Below are positions 8,686-18,202 of a DNA stretch of 64,000 nucleotides, piece by piece. The DNA lies in the IMG/VR virus record IMGVR_UViG_3300032242_001916, positions 30,101 through 94,100 of that record, one strand, 5' to 3'. How positions within the stretch are numbered: the first letter of the stretch is position 1; each line of letters begins with the position of its first letter. The notes under the pieces were generated by a model that was not told the origin of the DNA, searched no databases, and was given only the letters and a program-made list of their open reading frames with translations. A program made the position numbers and the translations under genes. This stretch comes from a virus.

Positions 8686-8978
8686 TGCCTAGAAGTAAAG
8701 CCCAATTTAAGCGGGGGAGCTCTATACTTCCTAAACTTACACAACCAGTAGCATTTAAGAATAAGTTCCCTACGCACTGCGATACCTGTGGAACTAAGCA
8801 GGGTATTGGTCAAGTAATGATGTCCGCAGATCCTGGGGACAAAAAATGGACTGCAGAATGCGATCAGTGTGCTACTATAAAAGAAGCTGCTCAAGAGCAG
8901 TCTGATAAAGAATGGAATAGCGTACCAGCTATGCGCATTCCAGAAGATTATGATGGAGATTATCATGGCCGCCGGTAA
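8685..8978 (+). CDS. Zn-ribbon protein
   Basis: CDTC...CDQC; TAATG coupling. Confidence 0.65.
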   Translation: MPRSKAQFKRGSSILPKLTQPVAFKNKFPTHCDTCGTKQGIGQVMMSADPGDKKWTAECDQCATIKEAAQEQSDKEWNSVPAMRIPEDYDGDYHGRR

Positions 8979-9279
8979 GAATGAAGATCATAAAGGCGCT
9001 AAGTCTTATACTTTAGGCCCATATAAAGGCAGTGATGCTAATGGTGGGCGTGCTATCTATGTTAAGAAATATAAAGGCAAAGATGGCAAATGGCATACAA
9101 CTTCTGAAAATAAAGCTCGTAAAGACTATGAAGATAAGAACGGCAAAGTCGGTAAGGGTAAAGAAGTTGACCATAAGGATAATAATAAGAAAAATGACTC
9201 GAAGAGCAATCTTCGTGTAATATCAAAGAGTGATAACGTCGCTAAAGAAAACAAGCGCCGTGCTACTAAGAAAAAGTAA
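8965..9279 (+). CDS. HNH endonuclease-like protein
   Basis: EVDHKDNNKKND..NLRVIS..DN; start placed at MAAGK after GGAG. Confidence 0.75.
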   Translation: MAAGKNEDHKGAKSYTLGPYKGSDANGGRAIYVKKYKGKDGKWHTTSENKARKDYEDKNGKVGKGKEVDHKDNNKKNDSKSNLRVISKSDNVAKENKRRATKKK

Positions 9280-9289
9280 AGGAATATAA

Positions 9290-9493
9290 ATGCATAAAAT
9301 TCTAACCTGGTTAGCAACTAACCCGCTTGCTACCGCAGTAAAAATTGGTGCTGGTGCAGCACTAAGTTGGGTTCTAGAAAATATTGGGTCTTTCAATTTT
9401 GCCCCAGCTACCTCAGCGGTAGTTATTGCAGCTACAACAGTGGCTATTAATGCTCTTAATCCAGCTGATAAGCGCTATGGTGTAGGGAAGTAA
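9290..9493 (+). CDS. Holin-like small membrane protein
   Basis: Two hydrophobic segments, C-terminal LNPADKRYG. Confidence 0.6.
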   Translation: MHKILTWLATNPLATAVKIGAGAALSWVLENIGSFNFAPATSAVVIAATTVAINALNPADKRYGVGK

Positions 9494-9497
9494 TATA

Positions 9498-9809
9498 ATG
9501 GGTGAATCTGCAGCATGGCAGCGTAAAGAGGGTAAAAACCCTAAAGGTGGTCTAAACGCCAAAGGTCGTGCTTCAGCAAAAGCTGAAGGTCATAATCTTA
9601 AAGCACCAGTAAAATCTGGAGATAATCCACGTCGTGCGTCTTTCTTAGCACGTATGGGTGGAATGCCAGGACCAGAATACGATAAAGATGGTAAGCCAAC
9701 CCGCTTGTTACTTTCATTGCAGGCTTGGGGCGCTTCAAGCAAAGCTGACGCTAAAAAGAAAGCAGCAGCTATTTCTAAGCGCAATGAGTCAAAAAAGAAG
9801 ACAAAATAA
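9498..9809 (+). CDS. Basic phage protein (DUF6321-like)
   Basis: AWQRKEGKNPKGGLNAKGRAS, RRASFLARM. Confidence 0.65.
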   Translation: MGESAAWQRKEGKNPKGGLNAKGRASAKAEGHNLKAPVKSGDNPRRASFLARMGGMPGPEYDKDGKPTRLLLSLQAWGASSKADAKKKAAAISKRNESKKKTK

Positions 9810-10009
9810 TGGCTGAAAAGAAAAAGCCAGCAAAGGCTAAATCTAAAGTTAATGAAGCTGGTAATTACACCAAGCCGGCATTACGTGCGTCTTTGTTTAA
9901 AAAAATTAAGGCTGGCACAAAAGGCGGAGATGCAGGCCAATGGTCAGCACGTAAAGCACAGCTTCTTGCATCTGAATACAAGAAAGCTGGCGGAGGATAC
10001 AAAGACTAA
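9809..10009 (+). CDS. Basic protein, N-terminal half of a DUF5872-like domain
   Basis: NYTKP.LR, GQWSARKAQLLA.EY..AGGGY. Confidence 0.65.
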   Translation: MAEKKKPAKAKSKVNEAGNYTKPALRASLFKKIKAGTKGGDAGQWSARKAQLLASEYKKAGGGYKD

Positions 10010-10251
10010 TGGCTAAGGCAAAACCTCAAAAGTCTCTAGATAAATGGACTAAAGAAAAATGGCGTACTTCAGATGGTAGCCCGTCTGAGGGTAAAAAACG
10101 CTATTTACCAGATAAAGCTTGGGACTCGCTTAGCGCTAAAGAAAAAGCTGCTACTAACAAAGCTAAAGCTGCTGGGGATAAAAAAGGTAAGCAATACGTA
10201 GATCAGCCTAAAAAGATTGCTAAGAAGACCGCAAAGTACAGGAGTAAGTAA
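10009..10251 (+). CDS. Basic protein, C-terminal half of a DUF5872-like domain
   Basis: QKSL.KWT.EKW, RYLP.KAW..LS. Confidence 0.65.
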   Translation: MAKAKPQKSLDKWTKEKWRTSDGSPSEGKKRYLPDKAWDSLSAKEKAATNKAKAAGDKKGKQYVDQPKKIAKKTAKYRSK

Positions 10252-10685
10252 TGAGTAAATTACCTGAAGAGTTAAAAGAACTTTTGGCTGATGTTACTGT
10301 CTTTTACTTCCGTACCCACGGTTATCATTGGAATGTTGAGGGCGAAGATTTTGCCGCTTACCATGAATTATTTGAAAATATCTACGAAGATGTGTATAGT
10401 AGTATAGATCCAATTGCGGAAAATATTCGTAAGTTAGACGAGTACGCTCCGTTCAAATTAGATACACTAATAAAGTTGGCCTCGCTAGAAGATAGCAAGG
10501 TTCCGACCAAACCGGTGGCAATGGCAAAAGATTTGCTTAGTGCCAACGGTGAGGTAATCGAAAAACTAAAATCGGTTTTTCATACCGCTAATGATGCTGA
10601 CGAGCAAGGAATTGCTAACTTCATCGCGGAGAGAATTGACATGCATCAGAAATGGGCATGGCAACTCAAGGCTAGCACAAAATAA
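10251..10685 (+). CDS. dps: Dps / ferritin-like protein
   Basis: HWNVEG, HELFE..Y, D.IAE.IR, K..WQL ferroxidase signature. Confidence 0.9.
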   Translation: MSKLPEELKELLADVTVFYFRTHGYHWNVEGEDFAAYHELFENIYEDVYSSIDPIAENIRKLDEYAPFKLDTLIKLASLEDSKVPTKPVAMAKDLLSANGEVIEKLKSVFHTANDADEQGIANFIAERIDMHQKWAWQLKASTK

Positions 10686-10712
10686 CCCTCTAGAGAAAAA
10701 GGTAATGATCAA

Positions 10713-11720
10713 ATGTCATTAAATCTTGACGCCGGTGCATTCGTTGTATCCGGAAATATTGCAAGTCCTTCTGCAGGTACAACTGTACTTATCCAGAATA
10801 CGCCTTGTGAACTAGATGTTGCAGGTTTCCAGTTGTACGCAGGTACCGTTGGCACAACCCCATCATCATTCAACATTAAGGTAACTCCTCCAACTGTAGC
10901 TCCAGTCTACGCACGTACCTACAATTACAACTACGCAACTGCTAAGAATGTAGCAGTTTCAAACATTGCAACTGATGGTACAACCCTAACCTTCACAACT
11001 GCTGCAGCACACAGCTTGAACACCGGCGATGTAATTTCCGTAACTGGTTCAACTCTTCCTGCTTGGAACCTGAAGGATGCTGTTGTTGCATCTGCAACTC
11101 CTGGTACAACCACTTTCACAGTTAAGTACCCAGAAGCTACCGCAACTTCAATCCACGCAACTGGTGTTCTATCAGTACCTTACGCTAACATGTCAAACAA
11201 TGGTTCAGGTGTTGGTACTTTCCAGACTTCTACCAATCATGGCTTGAAGACTGGCGATAAGGTAACTATCACTGGTATTTCAACCGCTACTGGCTACAAC
11301 ATCACAAACCAGGCTGTAACTGTAACTGGTGGAAACACCTTCACAGCTGCTGTATCAGGAACCCTAACCGGTGGTTCAGGTACCGGTGCAGTAGTCGTGA
11401 CCGTTGTGGCAAGCTCAATTAGCCCAATTGTTGTTACAAAGGGTAAGGTTGTAGACGCTGTTCAGCTAGTAACCGACGTTACCGATTACAATGTATCTCC
11501 TGATTTTACTCAGGGTACTGCGTACTACGGATACGTTTCTGACCAGGTTCTTCCGATCAACGCTAAGGGTGTAACCTTTGGTGCTGCTACCGCTCTTGGT
11601 AACGCAGATGCTCGTATTGCTGGCAAGATTCCTACAGGTTCAAAGATTGAACTTGAGATTCTTGTTGCAGGTAGTTCACTTGCTAACCTTGCTTACGGTG
11701 TAGAGTTCAAGAAGAAGTAA
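10713..11720 (+). CDS. Probable virion protein with two tandem TTxxxHGLxTGD beta modules
   Basis: TFTTAAAHSLNTGDVISVTG and TFQTSTNHGLKTGDKVTITG; Thr/Gly/Val-rich. Confidence 0.65.
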   Translation: MSLNLDAGAFVVSGNIASPSAGTTVLIQNTPCELDVAGFQLYAGTVGTTPSSFNIKVTPPTVAPVYARTYNYNYATAKNVAVSNIATDGTTLTFTTAAAHSLNTGDVISVTGSTLPAWNLKDAVVASATPGTTTFTVKYPEATATSIHATGVLSVPYANMSNNGSGVGTFQTSTNHGLKTGDKVTITGISTATGYNITNQAVTVTGGNTFTAAVSGTLTGGSGTGAVVVTVVASSISPIVVTKGKVVDAVQLVTDVTDYNVSPDFTQGTAYYGYVSDQVLPINAKGVTFGAATALGNADARIAGKIPTGSKIELEILVAGSSLANLAYGVEFKKK

Positions 11721-11736
11721 TCTAAATTAACCCACA

Positions 11737-11780
11737 GGAACCCTACCTAGGCTGCTATAATCGGCTTAGGTAGGGTTTCC
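11737..11780 (+). promoter_or_regulatory. Long inverted repeat with TATAAT in its loop (terminator and/or promoter)
   Basis: GGAACCCTACCTAGGCTG-CTATAAT-CGGCTTAGGTAGGGTTTCC. Confidence 0.55.
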
Positions 11781-11806
11781 TACTTATAAACAAAAAGGTA
11801 GAAATT

Positions 11807-12115
11807 ATGAAATGCAATAATTGTGATGCACAGGCTACTTACTTCTTTGCATCTTTTGGTGCAGCTACTCAGTACTTTTGTGAACCATGTGTTCCTTGGT
11901 CTTTGCAGGATCGTTTGAGTGCCGGAGAGCTTTCAAAAATTGAGGATATTACAGCTCCTTTTGAGCCTGCTCCATTAGAAGAGCCTGTTGTTGAAGAGGC
12001 CCCAGTTGAGCCTGCCCCAACACAAACAAAGTCAAAGAAGACAAAAACCGCAGTAGTAGAAGACGTATTACCTGATACGGCGGATACGGTCGATTCAAAT
12101 GTCCCGAATAACTAG
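11807..12115 (+). CDS. Zn-binding protein with an acidic tail
   Basis: CNNC...CEPC. Confidence 0.7.
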   Translation: MKCNNCDAQATYFFASFGAATQYFCEPCVPWSLQDRLSAGELSKIEDITAPFEPAPLEEPVVEEAPVEPAPTQTKSKKTKTAVVEDVLPDTADTVDSNVPNN

Positions 12116-12389
12116 GATTCAAACAAAACAAGGACACCCGGTACCTAGAACGGCATTGCCTCCTAGAGGACCATTTCCATCAGAACTATACACTTCTCAA
12201 CCTGTAGTTGAAACTTACGTGGGTATTAGTGGAAATGGTAGCCCAGAGGTGCCTGCAGAGGGCACGGCGCAAAATAACTTTACCCCGTACAAATGGTACC
12301 GGTGCAAGTTATGCTCCGACTTAGTACGTCAAGATGCTCTTGCAGATCATATCTGTGCAGAAGAGGAAGATGAAATAGATGAATTCTGA
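12099..12389 (+). CDS. Hypothetical protein with a C-terminal Zn finger
   Basis: CKLC...HIC. Confidence 0.7.
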   Translation: MSRITRIQTKQGHPVPRTALPPRGPFPSELYTSQPVVETYVGISGNGSPEVPAEGTAQNNFTPYKWYRCKLCSDLVRQDALADHICAEEEDEIDEF

Positions 12390-12564
12390 AATTGAAGAAG
12401 TACCAGAGCATTTGCACTTTACTGCTGATAATCATGTACATGAAAAAATGTGGACAGCTCAAATGACTGGCACTCATTTTTTGAAGCATGAGTACGTAGA
12501 GACTGACGATTACTTAGCAGAAGATCTAGAACGCATAGATTTTACGCTTACTGACACTTTTTAA
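12379..12564 (+). CDS. Small acidic protein
   Basis: ORF in operon. Confidence 0.6.
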   Translation: MNSEIEEVPEHLHFTADNHVHEKMWTAQMTGTHFLKHEYVETDDYLAEDLERIDFTLTDTF

Positions 12565-12573
12565 GGATAGGTT

Positions 12574-13401
12574 ATGGCTGCTGACGACAATATGGATGAT
12601 ATCTATACTCATATAGGCACACCAGACAGAGAAGCTTACGACCAAGTATTTCCTCGTAATACTACGATGAAAAATCTTAATAGGCCTCAAAACTTACCCC
12701 GTGGATACGGTATGACGTCGCATCTTGCTAGTCAGGTAGGGACTTATGGATTCCAGCTTCCTCCTGTTGGCAGTCGTGCTCAAATGCTGCAAAACGTAGA
12801 TTTTATTGAACATGTAGCACACCACGATTTTTACTACGATGACTCAAAAGGCAATACCACCGGTACAAGTTTTGAAAATCAATCACAAAGAGCTATTGAG
12901 CCTTATATAGGTGAAAAATACATTTACGGTGATACTGGCGAGGAAGTAAACCTTGCACCAGTATACTTTGGTCCTTCAAACATGAATACCGAAATTCCCA
13001 CAAGAACCAAGAACCCTATGCGCCCCCGTACAGTGGCCGCGGCTTTTGATCCTAAAAGACACATAATTACCATCATATTTAGAGATGGAACTATGTATAA
13101 TTATTATGAGTGCGATCGAGTTGACTGGAATGGCTTTGTTAGAGAGTCAACTAAGGGAGACTACATTGCTAGAGTATTGGATGCTAAGCCAAGAGGCATT
13201 GCTGACTCCTCCTCGGTAGACCCTCAGATTAGATTAGCAGCGGTAACTGCAGCAAGACTGCAGCAGTTTGATCGTTCACGCAAGGGCGGCAACTTTAAAC
13301 CAGCAGCTCCTAAACGGCCCTACACGCCTCGTGGAACGGCTAAGACAAATAACTTGTATACTAGTGGTAGAAAAGGCGGCTACCAAGGAAAGACTTTTTA
13401 A
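12574..13401 (+). CDS. KTSC-domain protein
   Basis: AAAFD....ITIIFRDGTMYNYY......W.GF....TKG.YI. Confidence 0.7.
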   Translation: MAADDNMDDIYTHIGTPDREAYDQVFPRNTTMKNLNRPQNLPRGYGMTSHLASQVGTYGFQLPPVGSRAQMLQNVDFIEHVAHHDFYYDDSKGNTTGTSFENQSQRAIEPYIGEKYIYGDTGEEVNLAPVYFGPSNMNTEIPTRTKNPMRPRTVAAAFDPKRHIITIIFRDGTMYNYYECDRVDWNGFVRESTKGDYIARVLDAKPRGIADSSSVDPQIRLAAVTAARLQQFDRSRKGGNFKPAAPKRPYTPRGTAKTNNLYTSGRKGGYQGKTF

Positions 13402-13404
13402 AAT

Positions 13405-13719
13405 ATGGCAACAGAACCTAAAGAATTTAAAAATATATATTGGCACCCTTTAAAATATGCGGTAAAGCCAAAAGAACTGTTTGAACGAGCAGAAACTCAA
13501 GAAATTGATCCACCTTTTAGAGGTGGCAAGGGATGGGCAATAAGACTCCCTTTTACTCGTCAAGCTCTTGTAATAGGCAAATGGACGGCGTCCTACTCTG
13601 AAAGCGAAGCATTAACTTACGCTATTAGAGGGAGATATGTCTCAGAAGATGAGTTAGACTGGGATATAGTTCGTTATGGAACCAGTGAGGCGGAAAATGA
13701 TACGGCGCAACAAGTCTGA
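13405..13719 (+). CDS. Hypothetical protein
   Basis: ORF in operon. Confidence 0.7.
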   Translation: MATEPKEFKNIYWHPLKYAVKPKELFERAETQEIDPPFRGGKGWAIRLPFTRQALVIGKWTASYSESEALTYAIRGRYVSEDELDWDIVRYGTSEAENDTAQQV

Positions 13720-13939
13720 AAAAGAACAGACAAAACTAGAGAAGCGCATAGCTTCTATGGATACAGACCAACTTACTCGTTGGCTTGATCAAGCCCTATT
13801 TACTATTGGACGTAACGTATCTGATTGGGCATCTAGTCGTGAACCTGCGTATATTAATGAAGCACACTCAGGAGCTGAAGTACTACACCTAGCTGTAGCT
13901 GAGCTTAAGCGCCGTGCAGATGCAACAAGGAACTTATAA
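13697..13939 (+). CDS. Small helical protein directly upstream of the terminase
   Basis: Start placed at MIRRN after GAGG. Confidence 0.65.
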   Translation: MIRRNKSEKEQTKLEKRIASMDTDQLTRWLDQALFTIGRNVSDWASSREPAYINEAHSGAEVLHLAVAELKRRADATRNL

Positions 13940-13940
13940 C

Positions 13941-15530
13941 ATGGCAAGTGAAGAAGAAGAATTATTTGAAGAATTATTCTTTGAAGACCCTGCAGCTTAT
14001 ATTGAAATTTCTGAAGGAGAAGAAGAGCAGGAAGATGGGCTCGATGAGCTCTCTAGAGAATTTGTAAGACAGCTTATTGATAAAATCATGGAGTTTATGA
14101 CTGTCCTTGTTGGACACGAACTCCATCCTTATCAGAAGCCACTAGCTAGAAGAATTATTGAATCCATTATTATTAATGATGGTGAAGAAATTACCGCTCT
14201 TGCGGCACGTCAGTCTGGTAAATCAGAGACGATTGCTAATACGGTAGCCACATTAATGGTTATTCTTCCACGACTAGCTAAGATATACCCTGAGCTTCTT
14301 GGAAAATTTGGAGATGGATTGTGGGTTGGAATGTTTGCCCCAATTCAGTCCCAGGCTGAAACTTTGTTCTCAAGAGTAGTCAGCCGCCTCACTAGTGAGA
14401 CGGCACTTGAGATCCTCAACGACGCGGAGATAGACGACGCGCTTGGCAAAAATGCGGGTGTAGTCAAAAACATCAAGCTAAAGAACTCTGGTTCTATAGC
14501 CATGATGATGACGGCAAACCCTAGAGCAAAGATCGAATCGAAATCCTTTCACCTTATGATTATTGACGAATGTCAGGAAGCAGATGATTTTGTTGTTGCC
14601 AAATCTATTAGCCCAATGGGTGCTTACTATAACGCTACAATGGTTAAAACGGGAACCCCAACCACATCAAAAAATAACTTCTACCGAGCCATACAGCTAA
14701 ACAAGAGGCGCCAAACAGGGCGCAACTCTAAACAAAACCACTACCAGTGGGACTGGCGAGATGTTGCTAAAGTAAACCCAAACTACGATAAGTTCATTAA
14801 AAAAGAAATGTTACGTATTGGTGAGGACTCTGATGAGTTCCAAATGTCTTATTTTTGCAAATGGTTGCTAGAACGAGGCATGTTTGTTACATCCAATGTT
14901 ATGGATGATTTAGGGGATACCTCACAGGAATTAGTCAAGAGCTGGCATCAATCCCCGGTAATTGTAGGTATTGACCCTGCCCGTAAAATGGACTCTACGA
15001 TTGTTACTGTAGTCTGGGTAGACTGGGATAGGCCAGATGAGTTTAATTATTATGATCATAGAGTACTTAACTGGTTAGAGATTCAAGGTGATGACTGGGA
15101 AGAGCAGTACTACCAGATTGTTAACTTTTTAAGTGCTTATGATGTTTTGGCTATTGGTATTGATGCTAACGGTGTTGGAGATGCTGTAGCACAGCGACTT
15201 AAAGTACTTATGCCTAGAGCACAGGTAGTTCCTCTAACTAGTAGCCCAACTGAACAATCTAAGCGATTTAAGCATTTACAAGCTCTTATTCAGCGCAGGA
15301 TGATTGCTTGGCCCGCCCACGCTAAAACTCGTCGTTTACGTATTTGGAAACGTTTCTACCAACAAATGGTTGATGCTGAAGTACAATATAAAGGACCAAA
15401 CTTTTTGGTCGCAGCTCCAGATGAAGCACATGCACATGATGACTTTGTGGATTCTTTAGCTATTGCCTGCTCTATGACCCAAGAACTAGTTATGCCAAGC
15501 GTAGAAGTTAGTTCAAATCCTTTTTTCTAA
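13941..15530 (+). CDS. terL: Terminase large subunit
   Basis: ARQSGKS Walker A, IIDE Walker B, GTP motif, VGIDPA and HDD..DSLA nuclease motifs; start at MASEEE. Confidence 0.93.
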   Translation: MASEEEELFEELFFEDPAAYIEISEGEEEQEDGLDELSREFVRQLIDKIMEFMTVLVGHELHPYQKPLARRIIESIIINDGEEITALAARQSGKSETIANTVATLMVILPRLAKIYPELLGKFGDGLWVGMFAPIQSQAETLFSRVVSRLTSETALEILNDAEIDDALGKNAGVVKNIKLKNSGSIAMMMTANPRAKIESKSFHLMIIDECQEADDFVVAKSISPMGAYYNATMVKTGTPTTSKNNFYRAIQLNKRRQTGRNSKQNHYQWDWRDVAKVNPNYDKFIKKEMLRIGEDSDEFQMSYFCKWLLERGMFVTSNVMDDLGDTSQELVKSWHQSPVIVGIDPARKMDSTIVTVVWVDWDRPDEFNYYDHRVLNWLEIQGDDWEEQYYQIVNFLSAYDVLAIGIDANGVGDAVAQRLKVLMPRAQVVPLTSSPTEQSKRFKHLQALIQRRMIAWPAHAKTRRLRIWKRFYQQMVDAEVQYKGPNFLVAAPDEAHAHDDFVDSLAIACSMTQELVMPSVEVSSNPFF

Positions 15531-15613
15531 TTCTTTAAGTTTAGGGCGACATTTAACCAAATTCGTAGGAAACTCAATATGAGGATCCTCAACTTCCTTT
15601 AGGAGAAAAAATT

Positions 15614-16018
15614 ATGGCAAGCACCCTTGGTCCGGCACCTCAGTTCCCTGAGCGTACTCCGGTTTCCTACGAGCGTAAGTTCAGCCCTGCAGCAGCAGGT
15701 CAGCGTGGCCCACTTCGTTTTGAAGAAGGCATCGCAACTGACACTGACGTCCCTCGTGAATTCGAAAATGGCGCGTCACAAGGCTACATTACGCCTCCAG
15801 GCCGTCCAAACCATAACCAGAATGTATTCGAGAAGCCGGCTGATGAGACCATGGCAGAAAGAGCACACGTTGGCTCAGCTGCTTGGGTTGAAGCACCAAC
15901 CTTCTTGGGCAACTTCTCAGAAGGCGCTTTCAGCAATGCTGCAGAGCAGAGCTTTGAAGAAGACATTCGTTCAGGCGGTCACTACACCCGCGTGAACCCA
16001 GCTACGGTTATAGACTAA
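15614..16018 (+). CDS. Head-region protein
   Basis: AGGAG SD; lies between terminase and portal. Confidence 0.75.
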   Translation: MASTLGPAPQFPERTPVSYERKFSPAAAGQRGPLRFEEGIATDTDVPREFENGASQGYITPPGRPNHNQNVFEKPADETMAERAHVGSAAWVEAPTFLGNFSEGAFSNAAEQSFEEDIRSGGHYTRVNPATVID

Positions 16019-16027
16019 TATGTAAAT

Positions 16028-16074
16028 AGTAACTCCCCTGCTCCATACCCCTTCTCTGGAGCAGGGTAGTTACT
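16028..16074 (+). terminator. Hairpin with a pyrimidine-rich loop
   Basis: AGTAACTcCCCTGCTCCA-TACCCCTTCTC-TGGAGCAGGGtAGTTACT. Confidence 0.6.
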
Positions 16075-16088
16075 CTACTAGAGTAAAC

Positions 16089-16346
16089 ATGTATCCTGCT
16101 AACCCAATGCTGTATAACTCAATCTCACGTATTCAACGTGCGATGCATCACGCAACTCGTGGAAATAACTTTGCTGCGGCAAAGGGAATCCAACAGCAGT
16201 ATGCTAGTGAGGGTGGGCAATTTGTTGAGTCAAAGAACGATGTTGACCCACGATTTAGAGATACAATAAAAGAAGAAGAAGACGCTAAAAAGCGTAAAGA
16301 AAAAGAAAAGAAGAAGCCAGGCAAATCTGGCGTAGTCTTATTATAG
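16089..16346 (+). CDS. Hypothetical protein
   Basis: 85-aa ORF. Confidence 0.6.
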   Translation: MYPANPMLYNSISRIQRAMHHATRGNNFAAAKGIQQQYASEGGQFVESKNDVDPRFRDTIKEEEDAKKRKEKEKKKPGKSGVVLL

Positions 16347-16384
16347 AGGGCAATTATGATCATTAATATGGAAGGACGTGAAGC

Positions 16385-18079
16385 ATGAGCATTGACTTTT
16401 CGCCACCGTCCTATAGAGCGGCGTCGTCCGACTTAACTATTTCCATTTCCCCATTAGGTCTTGTAGAACTTGCTGACGAAGAGTTTGAAGTTCATGGTCC
16501 AAGACTTAACCGTTATTCTTTAAACTGGGCTATGTACCTAGGCCACCACTGGAGCTACCGACGTGAGATCGGTGAAGCCCAGATGGTTTACAACTACTTC
16601 AGAGCTTTTACTGATTACATCATCAACTTCAGCTTTAGCCGCGGTGTTTCATTCCGTAGCCCTAAAGAGACTGAAGCTATTGTTCCGGACATTCTTAAAA
16701 GAGTCTGGGAAGTAGATAACGACAAACACGCTGTTCTTTGGGAAATTGGTCAGCAGGGTGGCGTGTCAGGCGACTGTTTTATCAAGGTAGCTTACGAAGA
16801 GCCTTGGGAAGATAGCGCTGGTGGTTATCACCCAGGTCGTGTAAGAATTCTTCCACTTAACTCTTCTTTTTGTTTTCCAGAATTTCACCCGCATGATCGT
16901 AACCGATTGATGCGATTTAAACTTAAGTACCGTTTCTGGGGTACTTCCGTTGAGGGCACTCGTCAGGTATACACCTACACTGAAATCCTCACTGATGACA
17001 TGATTGAGGAGTATATTAATGACGAACTTATTGACTCGCGCCCGAATCCGCTTGGCGTTATTCCTATGGTCCATATCCCAAATGTTCTAGTTTCTGGATC
17101 ACCTTGGGGCCTATCTGACTGCCACGACATTATTGTTCTTAACCGTAACTATAATGAAGTAGCTACCGATGTTGCTGACATCATTAATTACCACGCTGCT
17201 CCTGTTACCGTTATTACTGGGGCTAAAGCATCTAACCTTGAAAAGGGCCCTAAAAAGGTCTGGGGTGGACTTCCTAAGGATGCACAGGTCTTTAACCTAG
17301 ATGGCGGCGGTTCTGGTCTACAAGGCGCTATAGAGTACTTAAAGGTCGTTAAAACGGCTATGCACGAAATGACGGGTGTTCCTGAAACTGCTTTGGGTCA
17401 GGTACAAGCTATTTCTAATACTTCTGGTGTTGCCCTTTCTATTCAGTACCAGCCTTTGATGAACCGTTACCAGCAGAAGATTGTGCAGTACGGTAGAGGC
17501 GTTGAAATGGTTAACAGCCTTGTCCTTCGCACTATTGCTTTTAAAGAACCAGAGATGTTCGTATGGAATCCTAACTTCAATGGTCCTATTAAGCCTGAGC
17601 AGTACCCACAGTTAGACCCGGCGGATCCTTTAACTTACCAAACTTTTATACACTTCCCACCACCACTTCCACTAGATAAGCTAATTGTTCTTAGCGAAAT
17701 GCAGCAGAAGATGGCTATGGGCTTGGAGAGCCGTGAAGGCGCTCTTCGTGCGCTTGGTGAAGAATTCCCGAATGAAAAGCTTGAAGAAATTAGAACAGAG
17801 CTTATTGAAGACGCTAAGTCTGATGGTGCTCTAAATCTTCTTAAGAGTCAAATTAACTCTGCAATCATGTCACTTACTGGTCTTTTGCCAGAAGGTGGTG
17901 GAGAAATGGCTCCAGGTCCTGATGGTCAACCACAGGCTCCTTCATCCGTTACTCCTGTTGATCCTAACGCATTCCAGTTCGATCAGATGAATGCAGTTAA
18001 GTTGCAGACAGATCTAGTTACAAAGGCGTATGGAACTAAAATTCCTCAGCGTAGAGGGCCCGACGACGACAGTAATTAG
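16385..18079 (+). CDS. Portal protein (SPP1 gp6-like)
   Basis: Position; HIPN...WGLSD, SNTSGVAL motifs. Confidence 0.88.
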   Translation: MSIDFSPPSYRAASSDLTISISPLGLVELADEEFEVHGPRLNRYSLNWAMYLGHHWSYRREIGEAQMVYNYFRAFTDYIINFSFSRGVSFRSPKETEAIVPDILKRVWEVDNDKHAVLWEIGQQGGVSGDCFIKVAYEEPWEDSAGGYHPGRVRILPLNSSFCFPEFHPHDRNRLMRFKLKYRFWGTSVEGTRQVYTYTEILTDDMIEEYINDELIDSRPNPLGVIPMVHIPNVLVSGSPWGLSDCHDIIVLNRNYNEVATDVADIINYHAAPVTVITGAKASNLEKGPKKVWGGLPKDAQVFNLDGGGSGLQGAIEYLKVVKTAMHEMTGVPETALGQVQAISNTSGVALSIQYQPLMNRYQQKIVQYGRGVEMVNSLVLRTIAFKEPEMFVWNPNFNGPIKPEQYPQLDPADPLTYQTFIHFPPPLPLDKLIVLSEMQQKMAMGLESREGALRALGEEFPNEKLEEIRTELIEDAKSDGALNLLKSQINSAIMSLTGLLPEGGGEMAPGPDGQPQAPSSVTPVDPNAFQFDQMNAVKLQTDLVTKAYGTKIPQRRGPDDDSN

Positions 18080-18202
18080 TTAAACTAGGTTTAGCATGAC
18101 ATTGAATAAAACATATGTTGTGCTATATACATAATCAAACCGCAGGTCAATCGTGTTATTAATTTGGAAAACGACCTAATTCACACAAAGGAACAAATAA
18201 AT

